Shown piece by piece: positions 15,354-24,583 of a stretch of DNA of 26,059 nucleotides. Below the pieces are notes generated by a model. That model ran no database searches. It was not told where the DNA came from and was given only the letters and a program-made list of their open reading frames with translations. The stretch covers positions 1-26,059 of the forward strand of contig JAZOTK010000169.1 of NCBI GenBank assembly GCA_045657605.1. The letters are read 5' to 3'. Every line of letters begins with the position of its first letter. Positions within the stretch are counted from its first letter, which is position 1. This DNA is from Clostridia bacterium (lineage in GTDB: Bacteria > Bacillota > Clostridia > RUG12999). The position numbers were made by a program, and so were the translations under genes.

Positions 15354-15896
15354 ATGAGAGTTATTTCAGGTTCGGCGAAGGGCAGATCTCTTAAAACCGC
15401 CGACGGAACAGACACCCGTCCCACAACCGACAGGGTTAAAGAATCTCTTTTTAATATAATTGCACCGCATATATATAAAGCAACTGTACTGGATTTGTTT
15501 TCCGGTAGCGGCGGGCTTGGAATAGAGGCTCTCAGCCGTGGTGCAGAGTTTGCCGATTTTGTGGAAAAATCTTCCCGACCGGCAGCTTGCATAAAAGAAA
15601 ATCTAACAAAAACAGATTTTTCAGACAAATCCGCCCTGCACGTAACGGACGTTTTTCAGTTTCTTGAAAACTGCAAAAAAAAATATGATATAATCTTTAT
15701 GGATCCCCCTTATCATAACGGGCTGATTACAAAAGCAGCAGAGATCATATCTCACAGAAACCTTCTCAGCGAAGACGGAATTATTATTTGCGAATGTGAC
15801 CACGATGAAAGTCTGCCGGATGAAATTTCAGGGCTGAAATTATACGATAAACGCAAATACGGTCGAGTTTTGTTAAATTTCTTTAAAAAAATGTAA
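15354..15896 (+). CDS. rsmD: 16S rRNA (guanine966-N2)-methyltransferase
   Basis: MRVISGSAKG, TRPTTDRVKESLFNI, LDLFSGSG, FMDPPY. Confidence 0.96.
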   Translation: MRVISGSAKGRSLKTADGTDTRPTTDRVKESLFNIIAPHIYKATVLDLFSGSGGLGIEALSRGAEFADFVEKSSRPAACIKENLTKTDFSDKSALHVTDVFQFLENCKKKYDIIFMDPPYHNGLITKAAEIISHRNLLSEDGIIICECDHDESLPDEISGLKLYDKRKYGRVLLNFFKKM

Positions 15897-15904
15897 ATTT
15901 TCTA

Positions 15905-15933
15905 TTGATTATTTTGAAAAAATAGTTTATAAT
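15905..15933 (+). promoter_or_regulatory. Internal sigma-A promoter for coaD
   Basis: TTGATT-17 bp-TATAAT. Confidence 0.6.
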
Positions 15934-15978
15934 AAAAGTAGTATGATATTTTTTAACCGAAAGGAAACTTAGCAGGAG

Positions 15979-16458
15979 ATGAAGGTTGCAATCTATCCCG
16001 GTAGTTTTGACCCCGTAACAAAAGGGCATCTGGATATTATAAAACGTGCTGCAAATATTTTTGACAAGGTAGTTGTCGGCGTGTTTTACAACAAATCCAA
16101 GAACTGCGCTTTTACAATTCAGGAAAGAATGGAAATGCTGAAAATTGCCACCGAGGGTATTGATAATGTAGAAATCATTTCATCGGACAAGCTTCTTGTT
16201 CACTATATGCAAGAACACGGCATCCGTGTTATTGTCAAAGGTCTCAGAATGATTTCCGATTTTGAATACGAATTTCAGATGGCATTGGCAAATCATGAAC
16301 AAAATGGAGAAATCGAAACACTGTTTATGATGACGTCTTCCGACCTTTCTCATCTGAGCTCAAGTCTTGTGCGTGAGCTTGCGGGATATGGTGCAGACCT
16401 GACGAATCTTGTTCCCGAAAAGGTTATTCCCTTGGTTATAGATAAATTTAAAAACTGA
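15979..16458 (+). CDS. coaD: Pantetheine-phosphate adenylyltransferase
   Basis: YPGSFDPVTKGHLDII, KGLR..SDFEYE, LSSSLVRE. Confidence 0.98.
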   Translation: MKVAIYPGSFDPVTKGHLDIIKRAANIFDKVVVGVFYNKSKNCAFTIQERMEMLKIATEGIDNVEIISSDKLLVHYMQEHGIRVIVKGLRMISDFEYEFQMALANHEQNGEIETLFMMTSSDLSHLSSSLVRELAGYGADLTNLVPEKVIPLVIDKFKN

Positions 16459-16475
16459 TATTGGAGGTTTTGGGC

Positions 16476-16910
16476 ATGGAAGTATTGCAGATTATAGAGG
16501 AAATGGAAGAAACAATTGAACAGAGTATGAATATTTTCGGATACAGTGTATCTAACAAAGAAAACTTACTCGGAATGATTGAAGAAATCCGCCTTAAACT
16601 CCCCGATGAGTTCAAACAGGCTCGCTGGGTAAAAGACGAAAAAGAAAGACTTTTGGCTGATGCACGAAAAGAAGCCGATGTGATTCTTAAAGAAGCACAG
16701 GAACGTGTTATTGCACTTATTGATGAGCACGAGATTACTGCGCAGGCAAAGGCAGAAGCAGAAAAAATAATGACAAACGCAAGAAATCAGGAAGCTGAAT
16801 TACAGAGAAATGCAATCATGTACGCCGATGCTATTATGGAAAAACTCGACAAGAGCGTAAGCATCGCACTCGACGAAGTACATAACTGCAGACGTCAGCT
16901 TAAGAAGTAA
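16476..16910 (+). CDS. Coiled-coil protein conserved downstream of coaD (SepIVA-like; often annotated ATPase subunit)
   Basis: IEEIRLKLPDEFKQARWV...ADARKEADVIL coiled coil; start ATG 16476 after GGAGG. Confidence 0.75.
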   Translation: MEVLQIIEEMEETIEQSMNIFGYSVSNKENLLGMIEEIRLKLPDEFKQARWVKDEKERLLADARKEADVILKEAQERVIALIDEHEITAQAKAEAEKIMTNARNQEAELQRNAIMYADAIMEKLDKSVSIALDEVHNCRRQLKK

Positions 16911-16921
16911 AAACAAAAAAC

Positions 16922-16963
16922 AAAAGGCGGAAGTATGCCCTGTCAGGGTTTGTTCCGCCTTTT
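16922..16963. terminator. Bidirectional intrinsic terminator
   Basis: AAAAGGCGGAA / TTCCGCCTTTT with inner CCCT/AGGG; A-tract before, T-tract after. Confidence 0.85.
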
Positions 16964-16969
16964 ATTTTT

Positions 16970-17254
16970 TTACTTTGTTTTTTCAATCTTATATCCCAGC
17001 TTTATAATAAGCTTTAGTGTTTCCATCGCCGTATTACGGTCATATTCCTTTTCGGATTCAGCAAGCTTTTCATATTCAATCAGGCAAGGATGATATTTCT
17101 TTTCATCATCTCTTTTTTCTCCGTATTTCCAACCCTGCTTTATTCGCTCCGCCGCCCAAACCTCATGTGTGTTTTTCGCCAGCAGTTCGCAAAGTTCATT
17201 TATTTCTGCCGGCAATACTACATCTGTTGTGTCGGCAGGCTTTGGTTTGTACAT
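16970..17254 (-). CDS. Stand-alone RyR (ryanodine receptor repeat) domain protein
   Basis: YKPKPADTTDVVLP...LAKNTHEVWAAERIKQGWKYGEKRDDEKKYHPCLIEYEKL...EKEYDR matches the RyR repeat signature; ATG 17254 fits RBS AAAGGAG better than ATG 17260. Confidence 0.92.
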   Translation of the reverse strand: MYKPKPADTTDVVLPAEINELCELLAKNTHEVWAAERIKQGWKYGEKRDDEKKYHPCLIEYEKLAESEKEYDRNTAMETLKLIIKLGYKIEKTK

Positions 17255-17272
17255 GCCCATTTCTCCTTTCAG

Positions 17273-18136
17273 TCATATATGATATGTAATGTTTTTATAA
17301 ATAAAATCTATGGCAATCACAATCCACAGTATATCTGATTTAAAGATTGCAACCCCTTCGCATATCGCCATTTTTACCGTGTTTATATTCTTTACAGCCG
17401 CCACCACGTAACGGGCAAGCGTTACAATTCCGACAGCAAGAACTACTATATTGACTATAAAAATCGCTTCCCCAAAAAACGGCATACTTATCAGCCACGC
17501 GGCAAAATTACCACAGAAATGCATTACTATAGGATATTTGATATTATGGTATTTCATCATTACAAATCCGCAGGCAAGCCCATGCATAAAAGGCATCGCA
17601 AATACTGTTATACTGCCATGCGCCGCCGCAAATGCCAGCGATGTAAAGACAACAGCCCCCGCGCCGCCTCCAAGCTTATCCCAAATCAGTCCTCGATATA
17701 GCAATTCCTCAAATATTGGCGCCGCTATACATACACAGACAAATCCTCCTATAACAGTTAAAACATCTGTCCCTGCCGGCAGTTGCTGTATAGTTTCTAT
17801 CCCAAGTCTGCTCAGATAGCCGGCAATTACAGTGTTCATCAGCTGTCCACCGCACCAGGCACACAGCATAATTCCGGCGCAGTCTGCCAGTTCCCCGCCT
17901 TTAATCGGTTTTATATACTGCTTTTTAAATTCCCGTATGTCAGTTTCCATACTGAAATATATTATTGCAGGAATTATTACAGTCGCCGCCGAAGCAATCA
18001 CATTTCCAACCGATTCTGTCACTCCACTTAAGCCGACTGCCCCGTATATAAAAACCGAATTCAAAAAGCCTATTATATATCCCGCAAGAAGACTTACGAC
18101 AATATAAAAATTCGCACTTGGTTTTATTCTGTTCAT
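17273..18136 (-). CDS. CPBP family intramembrane glutamic metalloprotease (CAAX/Abi)
   Basis: Multi-TM protein with intact EELLYRG, FAAAH and HFCGN motifs. Confidence 0.9.
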   Translation of the reverse strand: MNRIKPSANFYIVVSLLAGYIIGFLNSVFIYGAVGLSGVTESVGNVIASAATVIIPAIIYFSMETDIREFKKQYIKPIKGGELADCAGIMLCAWCGGQLMNTVIAGYLSRLGIETIQQLPAGTDVLTVIGGFVCVCIAAPIFEELLYRGLIWDKLGGGAGAVVFTSLAFAAAHGSITVFAMPFMHGLACGFVMMKYHNIKYPIVMHFCGNFAAWLISMPFFGEAIFIVNIVVLAVGIVTLARYVVAAVKNINTVKMAICEGVAIFKSDILWIVIAIDFIYKNITYHI

Positions 18137-18679
18137 TTATTCCTCACACACAAACTTCTTTATTTTTACGTCAAATTCTTCTGTCGGCAGAGATTCGGTA
18201 ATTTCAAAGGAATATCCCACTCCGCAGGTTATACAGTCATCCCGGAGCTGAGGTATTATTCTGTCATAATATCCCCCGCCGTATCCTATTCTGTATCCGC
18301 TTCTGTCAAAAACCAGTCCCGGAACAATCATAAAATCTATAGATTTCAAATCGCATTCCGGATCTTTCTCTGACGGTTCGGGAATATTATAAACCCCCGG
18401 TGCAAGCTTTGAAAAACTCTCTGTTTTACGAAAAATCATACGGCCTCCCCTGCCGCACACCGGCAAGACCAACGTTTTATTTTTCATCGCATCCTCAAGT
18501 ATCGGTTTTATATCAGGTTCACTTCCGATTGGATAAAACGCCGCTATACATTCAGCCTTTTTATACTCCTCAGAAGATATGATTTTTTCGCATATTCTGT
18601 TGTCGAACGTCTTCTTTTTTTCCTGTCCGAGTTCGTTTCTTTTTTTCAGATATTCCTCACGCAGCTTCTTTTTAAGCAT
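18137..18679 (-). CDS. 5-formyltetrahydrofolate cyclo-ligase
   Basis: KKKLRE start, EP..K, IVPGLVFDRSGYRIGYGGGYYDR. Confidence 0.95.
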   Translation of the reverse strand: MLKKKLREEYLKKRNELGQEKKKTFDNRICEKIISSEEYKKAECIAAFYPIGSEPDIKPILEDAMKNKTLVLPVCGRGGRMIFRKTESFSKLAPGVYNIPEPSEKDPECDLKSIDFMIVPGLVFDRSGYRIGYGGGYYDRIIPQLRDDCITCGVGYSFEITESLPTEEFDVKIKKFVCEE

Positions 18680-19214
18680 ATATCATGCCTCTTCTTAATG
18701 TTTCTGCTGTTTCGGGATTTTTAAGTATACCGGCAATGGCGAAAGCAAACTGCGCCGCCGTTCCGGCACCTCTTGACGTAATTACATTATCGCAGATACA
18801 AACTGCATCTTCTACCGCTTCGGCTCCTGTCAGTTTTTCTTCAAATCCAGGATAGCACGTTGCTTTTTTGCCTTTAAGTATTCCATAATATCCCAGAACA
18901 GAAGGGGCTGCACAGATAGCACACACATATTTACCGTTTTCATAGCAATCCATTACTATTTCTTTTACCTTATCATCCTTCTGAAGATTCGGCGTTCCCG
19001 GTATCCCTCCCGGCAGAACTACCGCTTCTGCTATACCGCATTTTGCTTCCGGGTTTGTAATATCCGCCAGAACGGTAATGCCGTGCGATCCTGTTACCTC
19101 TCTGCCTTCGTTTACCGATACGGTTTTAACTTCTATTTCTGCTCTGCGGAGTATATCCACTACCGAAAGCGCTTCAATTTCCTCAAATCCTTCAGCTAAA
19201 AATACATATACCAT
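18672..19214 (-). CDS. DJ-1/YajL/ThiJ family glyoxalase/deglycase
   Basis: GFEEIEA, VVLPGG, AICAAP (catalytic Cys), ITSRGAG. Confidence 0.93.
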   Translation of the reverse strand: MVYVFLAEGFEEIEALSVVDILRRAEIEVKTVSVNEGREVTGSHGITVLADITNPEAKCGIAEAVVLPGGIPGTPNLQKDDKVKEIVMDCYENGKYVCAICAAPSVLGYYGILKGKKATCYPGFEEKLTGAEAVEDAVCICDNVITSRGAGTAAQFAFAIAGILKNPETAETLRRGMIYA

Positions 19215-19216
19215 TT

Positions 19217-22200
19217 CTATATCTCCTTCTCCTGTATAATTTTTTTATATCCGCCAAGCACAGCTTTAACCTCACTCAGCATTTTCTGTTTGTTGCCGGA
19301 TGCAATATATGTCAGTCTGGGTTTTGTTCCTGCATTATACAATAACTGCCCTCTGAATTCTGATATTATCTTTTTAATGCATTCCTCCTGCGGAGAGTTT
19401 TCAAATACCATCATAACCCTTCCGTTTCTTTCTGTTACCTCAGTAATTCCGCAGGCAGATGCCATAACTCTTATAAGTGATATATCCATAAGATTTATAA
19501 CGCTTTGCGGCATCTGTCCGAATCTGTCAATAAGTTCATCAATCGTATTTTCCTTATCTTCCTCTGTTTCGACCGCCGCAATCCGTTTATATATCTCAAG
19601 TCTTATATTATGAGAAGCAATATAGCTGTCCGGAATAAAGGTGTCCGTTTTTATATCTACCGTTGTAATAAGCTCCGGCACCAAAACCTCGCCTTTTACT
19701 TTTTTAACAGCCTCGTCCAGCAGTTTACAATACATATCATATCCTACATCGTCCATTTCTCCGTGTTGCTGCGCTCCCAGAAGACTTCCGGCACCTCTGA
19801 TTTCAAGGTCTCTCATCGCAATTTTAAATCCCGACCCAAATTCAGTAAATTCTTTTATGGAAGTCAGTCTTTTCATTGCCGTTTCGCTGAGCGCCTTATT
19901 CCCTTTATACGTCAGATATGCATACGCAAGTCGGTTTGACCGCCCTACACGTCCTCTCAGCTGATAAAGCTGGGAAAGCCCCATACAATCGGCATTTTCA
20001 ATTATTATTGTATTAATATTAGGAATATCAAGCCCCGTTTCAATAATGGTTGTGCATACCAGAATATCTACATCTCCGTTTAAGGTATCCATCATAACAG
20101 TTTCAAGCTCTCGTTCACTCATTTGTCCGTGAGCTACTGCGATTTTTGCCTCAGGTGCCATTTCCTGAAGCTCGTTTGCTCTTTTATAAATTCCTTCTAC
20201 CCGATTATATACATAATATACCTGCCCGTTTCTACCAAGTTCCTTTAAAACTGCATCGCGGATAACAGCCTTATCATGCTCCAGCACAAATGTCTGTACC
20301 GGATAGCGGTCTTCTGGCGGCTGTGAAATTACGCTCATATCCCTTACGCCTATCATCGACATATGCAACGTTCTCGGTATCGGCGTAGCTGAAAGAGTCA
20401 GCACATCTACATCGGTTTTCATTTCCTTTATAAGTTCTTTGTGCTTCACTCCGAATCTCTGTTCCTCATCGATTATGAGAAGTCCCAGGTCTTTAAATTT
20501 TACATCTTTCTGCAGTATACGGTGAGTACCGATAAGCACATCAATTTCACCCGTTTCAACACGTCTTGCAATTTCTTTAAGCTGTTTCGGTGTACGGAAT
20601 CTCGACATCATTTCCACATTCATGGGATACTGCGCCATTCTGCTTCGGAACGTATTATAGTGTTGTTGTGCAAGTATTGTAGTAGGAACAAGATACGCCA
20701 CCTGTTTGCTGTCCATCACCGCCTTAAATGCTCCTCGCAGAGCTACCTCCGTTTTACCGAATCCTACATCACCACATAAAAGTCTGTCCATAGGGCGGTC
20801 GCTTTCCATATCCTCTTTCATTTCTTTTATACATATAAGCTGATCTTCTGTTTCCTCATAAGGAAATGCTTCTTCAAAATTTTTCTGCCAGTCGGTATCC
20901 GGTGAAAAAGCAAATCCTTTTTTCTCACGTCTTGCGGCATAAAGCGCTATAAGTCTGTCAGCAATATCCTCAAGTGATTTCCGTACCTTGTTTTTTACTT
21001 TGGCAAATTCCGCCCCACCCATTTTACTGAGCTTTATTTCTCTACCGTCATTGCCGATATATTTATTTACTGTATCAAGTGATGTCGCCGGCACATACAG
21101 CACATCTGTGCCTTTATACTTTATTTTAAGATAGTCTCTGCTGATTCCGTCTATTTCCATACGGTGCATACCAAGATACTGTCCTATTCCGTGTACCTGA
21201 TGTACTACATAATCTCCCTCAGACAAATCAGAGTAGGATTTGATTTTAACTCCGGGCATAGCATTTTTTGCCCGTCTGTGACGGTTTGCCCCAAAGACTT
21301 CCCTGCACCCTATTACTACCGTTTTTGTAAGCGGATATTCAAACCCGTGATTCAGACTGCCCGCAAGAATAACAGTCTCCCCGTTTTCCGCATATTCTTT
21401 GCCGTCTCTCAGCGTTGCCGTAACTCCGTTATCACTCAGCGTAATTTTAAACGCCTCTGCTCTTGTCTTTCCTCCGGCAAGAATTGTTATTCCATATCCT
21501 TTGCTCTGCCAGTATTTTATATCTTCTATTATAAGGTCTATTCTTCCTCTGTAGGACTGAAGGGATTTTGATGTTATTCCGAAAGTCGCTTCAGGAGTAA
21601 TAAACCCTGCAGCAGAAGTAATGCTGCTCATCATTATTATTCTGCATCGCAGTCCCCTCACCGCATCGGCAAGGCTTTTGACATAATCTCCTTCAAAAAG
21701 AGGCAGGCTGCCGTTCTCGGCAAACTGCATCACCTCGGCAGATATCTCCTTTTCTACTTCTTCGCTCCTGTCCCGAAGCTGCGCCGGATAATCCATAAAC
21801 AAGGTATATTCTCCGCTAAGATAATCAAGCGGCGTTGTGATTTTATCATAAATCAGCGGAATATATCTGTCAGTAGCCGGAAAATAATGCTGCTGTTCAA
21901 ACAGCGTTACGTCCCTCCCGGTCCATTCCGTCATCGGGCAGGCTGATATTTTTTTTATTATTTCCGTTACATCATCATAAATCAGTTCCCGGCAACACCC
22001 TACTCTGCACAAATCTGTCTGCTCAAGAGAAATCTGTGTTTCCGGATCAAAAAATCTTATGGTATCTACCTCATCATCAAAAAATTCTATCCTGACCGGA
22101 TTTTTAAAGGCGGGTGGAAATATATCCAATATACCTCCCCGAAGGCTCATCTGTCCTACGCCTTCAACGGTCTCGCTATTCTTATATCCCATTATAATAA

Positions 22201-22636
22201 GGTTTCCTACAAGACTTTTTAAATCTACTCTTTCTCCCGGGCGGAAGTCATAGCGGTATTTTTCAAAAATCTCTTTCGGCAAGGTATATTCCAGCACCGA
22301 ATCCACAGGTGCTATTACAATCCCTGCCGTACCCGCGTATATACCGTCAATTATCCTGAGTCTTTCTGTTACAAGCTGCGTCGCCGCAGTTTCAATATTA
22401 TGGAAAATATAGTCCTTCGAAGGCAAAATATCCACATTTTCGCCGCAGTAAAATTCCATATCCTCTTTTAATGCCTTGGCATCATACATACTGCCAACAA
22501 CAACAAAAGCCTTTCCGCTCTCCGCAACAGAGCGGATAACATCAGCCCTGGCAGATTCCGTCACACCGGTAATATAAATCGGAGAAATACCGCCGGCATA
22601 CGCTTCTTTTATTAAATTAAGCTCAGTATTTCCCAT
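19217..22636 (-). CDS. mfd: Transcription-repair coupling factor
   Basis: UvrB-homology region, RID (GDYVVHQVHGIG), DRLLCGDVGFGKTEV, DEEQRFG, QLRGRVGR, TRG motif and TRCF C-terminus. Confidence 0.99.
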   Translation of the reverse strand: MGNTELNLIKEAYAGGISPIYITGVTESARADVIRSVAESGKAFVVVGSMYDAKALKEDMEFYCGENVDILPSKDYIFHNIETAATQLVTERLRIIDGIYAGTAGIVIAPVDSVLEYTLPKEIFEKYRYDFRPGERVDLKSLVGNLIIMGYKNSETVEGVGQMSLRGGILDIFPPAFKNPVRIEFFDDEVDTIRFFDPETQISLEQTDLCRVGCCRELIYDDVTEIIKKISACPMTEWTGRDVTLFEQQHYFPATDRYIPLIYDKITTPLDYLSGEYTLFMDYPAQLRDRSEEVEKEISAEVMQFAENGSLPLFEGDYVKSLADAVRGLRCRIIMMSSITSAAGFITPEATFGITSKSLQSYRGRIDLIIEDIKYWQSKGYGITILAGGKTRAEAFKITLSDNGVTATLRDGKEYAENGETVILAGSLNHGFEYPLTKTVVIGCREVFGANRHRRAKNAMPGVKIKSYSDLSEGDYVVHQVHGIGQYLGMHRMEIDGISRDYLKIKYKGTDVLYVPATSLDTVNKYIGNDGREIKLSKMGGAEFAKVKNKVRKSLEDIADRLIALYAARREKKGFAFSPDTDWQKNFEEAFPYEETEDQLICIKEMKEDMESDRPMDRLLCGDVGFGKTEVALRGAFKAVMDSKQVAYLVPTTILAQQHYNTFRSRMAQYPMNVEMMSRFRTPKQLKEIARRVETGEIDVLIGTHRILQKDVKFKDLGLLIIDEEQRFGVKHKELIKEMKTDVDVLTLSATPIPRTLHMSMIGVRDMSVISQPPEDRYPVQTFVLEHDKAVIRDAVLKELGRNGQVYYVYNRVEGIYKRANELQEMAPEAKIAVAHGQMSERELETVMMDTLNGDVDILVCTTIIETGLDIPNINTIIIENADCMGLSQLYQLRGRVGRSNRLAYAYLTYKGNKALSETAMKRLTSIKEFTEFGSGFKIAMRDLEIRGAGSLLGAQQHGEMDDVGYDMYCKLLDEAVKKVKGEVLVPELITTVDIKTDTFIPDSYIASHNIRLEIYKRIAAVETEEDKENTIDELIDRFGQMPQSVINLMDISLIRVMASACGITEVTERNGRVMMVFENSPQEECIKKIISEFRGQLLYNAGTKPRLTYIASGNKQKMLSEVKAVLGGYKKIIQEKEI

Positions 22637-22644
22637 AAACTCAC

Positions 22645-23208
22645 CTAACCGTTAAATTTATTCATAGCGGCTCCGCACCCTTCCTTCATTATGAGTGGCA
22701 ACGCGTCCGCAATACTTTTCGCCGCCGGCAGAAGTGTATCAAAATCTTCTTTTGTAAAATGTCCGAGAACGTGGTCTGCCATATCCATTTCAGGATGAGC
22801 CGGCATACCGACCCCTACTTTTATTCTCGGAAAAACATCTGTATTTAGCATATATATTATATTTTTTATGCCATTATGACCTCCTGCACTGCCCTTAGGT
22901 CGAATCCGGAGTTTGCCGAGCGGAAGGCTCACATCATCATAGATAACAATAAATTTTTCGGAAGGAACTTTATAAAAATCACATATCTCCTTCACCGACT
23001 GACCGCTTAAATTCATAAAGGTCTGAGGTTTTAAAAGAATGACTTTTTCTCCTTCAATAAACCCCTGTCCATACAATCCTTTATATCCCAATTTATTTAT
23101 ATTGATATTATATGTTCTTGCAACAAAATCTATCATCTCAAACCCTATATTATGCCGTGTTCCCTCATATTTATTGCCCGGATTTCCCAGACCAGCTATT
23201 ATATACAT
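22645..23208 (-). CDS. pth: Peptidyl-tRNA hydrolase
   Basis: GLGNPG, TRHNIGF, KPQTFMNLSG, GSAGGHNG. Confidence 0.98.
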   Translation of the reverse strand: MYIIAGLGNPGNKYEGTRHNIGFEMIDFVARTYNININKLGYKGLYGQGFIEGEKVILLKPQTFMNLSGQSVKEICDFYKVPSEKFIVIYDDVSLPLGKLRIRPKGSAGGHNGIKNIIYMLNTDVFPRIKVGVGMPAHPEMDMADHVLGHFTKEDFDTLLPAAKSIADALPLIMKEGCGAAMNKFNG

Positions 23209-23241
23209 ATTATTTCAGCCTTTCTTTAATGCATTACTTTA

Positions 23242-23270
23242 ATTATACTACAATATTTTTTATAAGTCAA
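23242..23270 (-). promoter_or_regulatory. Sigma-A promoter of the pth-mfd operon
   Basis: Minus strand TTGACT-17 bp-TATAAT. Confidence 0.75.
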
Positions 23271-23374
23271 GGATTATGAAATACATAAATATTATAACCT
23301 GTAAAAATATCAATATAATAAAAAATACCGGTCTGCACCCTGCGATTCAGTCCGGCATTATCATTTCTTCATAT

Positions 23375-23429
23375 AAAAACCGACCGTATAAGCCGGATTT
23401 TAAGTTCCGTCTTCCTTCGGTCGGTTTTT
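23375..23429 (-). terminator. Intrinsic terminator after the AEC transporter gene
   Basis: AAAAACCGACCG / CGGTCGGTTTTT arms with inner CGGA/TCCG. Confidence 0.65.
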
Positions 23430-23432
23430 TCC

Positions 23433-24398
23433 TTATAATAATACTATAAATATAAGATACATCAGAGGAATTGTAGCTACTGCCGCTACGTGAGAAATCA
23501 TTGCCATAGCAGCACCCGGTTTTGTATCTCCACCGTATGCCGCAGGGAAAACAATTGTATTCATCCCCAGCGGTGTGGCAAAGGTTATCAGCGCAAGCGT
23601 CATTGTTTCATCACTCATTCCCAGAAGCTTCATTATCAGCATCAAAATAGCCGGAATAATAATTAATCTGAGCAACGTTGCGGCATACACTTTTTTATTT
23701 GTCAGAAGCTGTTTAAAATCAAACCCGCCTATTACAAATCCTGCCAGAAGCATCGCTATAGGTCCCTGACAGCTTCCCGCATTTTCAATTGCTTTAAGAG
23801 CAAAATCCGGTATGTACTTTCCTATTCCCAGCAATCCTATCAACATTCCGGCAACAAGTCCTATTACCGGTGGGTTTATAAATCCTTTTTTCAGATTTTC
23901 CAATATTCCCGCATTCTTATCCTTTGGCACAAGAACATATAATCCCCAGCTGCTGGACAGAATTGCAGGGAAAAATGTAAACAGCGAATATTTATAGAAA
24001 ACCTCGCTTCCCCATACACCAAGAATTATAAAGTTTCCCATAAGTCCGAAATTTCCGAAGGTAAGCGCATATTTATAAATGTCTCTCAGATATGCATCTC
24101 CCGGTGTATTAATTTTTCTGACAAAAAGCTTTGACAGGGGATACGCCATAAGTATTGCCGCAGTAATTATGATACCGCCATACATAATAAGAGTGTAGTC
24201 GGTTTTAAAAGTCTCCACCGTACACTGTGTCATCTGATTAAACATCAGCACCGCCGGAATAAACACACAGGTCTCCAACTTAGCCAGCACAGTATCGGCA
24301 TCTTTTGGTAATACACTTTTTTTACGAAGTATAAAACCAACAAGAATCAGAAAAAACATCGTAAGCATCTGCTTAAGTGTAAGGTAACAAATTTCCAT
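23433..24398 (-). CDS. AEC (auxin efflux carrier / membrane transport protein) family transporter
   Basis: About 10 TM segments in two inverted halves; FIPAVL.F, FGN..GN, LRLIIIPA, ATPLGMNT motifs. Confidence 0.9.
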   Translation of the reverse strand: MEICYLTLKQMLTMFFLILVGFILRKKSVLPKDADTVLAKLETCVFIPAVLMFNQMTQCTVETFKTDYTLIMYGGIIITAAILMAYPLSKLFVRKINTPGDAYLRDIYKYALTFGNFGLMGNFIILGVWGSEVFYKYSLFTFFPAILSSSWGLYVLVPKDKNAGILENLKKGFINPPVIGLVAGMLIGLLGIGKYIPDFALKAIENAGSCQGPIAMLLAGFVIGGFDFKQLLTNKKVYAATLLRLIIIPAILMLIMKLLGMSDETMTLALITFATPLGMNTIVFPAAYGGDTKPGAAMAMISHVAAVATIPLMYLIFIVLL

Positions 24399-24449
24399 AT
24401 AAATACTCCCTTTTTAATTATTTACATAAAGATTCACTTTAACGAAATC

Positions 24450-24478
24450 ATTATATCACACCGAAATTAAATATGCAA
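24450..24478 (-). promoter_or_regulatory. Sigma-A promoter for the AEC transporter gene
   Basis: Minus strand TTGCAT-17 bp-TATAAT with TG extension. Confidence 0.7.
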
Positions 24479-24520
24479 TATAATTTTTATACAATATTTA
24501 TTTTCCTTTCCTGTTTTTTC

Positions 24521-24549
24521 TTGACATATTTTCCATAAAGGTATATAAT
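24521..24549 (+). promoter_or_regulatory. Sigma-A promoter for the glycosyltransferase cassette
   Basis: Perfect TTGACA-17 bp-TATAAT. Confidence 0.8.
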
Positions 24550-24583
24550 ATAAGGTAGAAAACTCGAAAATGGAGGAACGACC

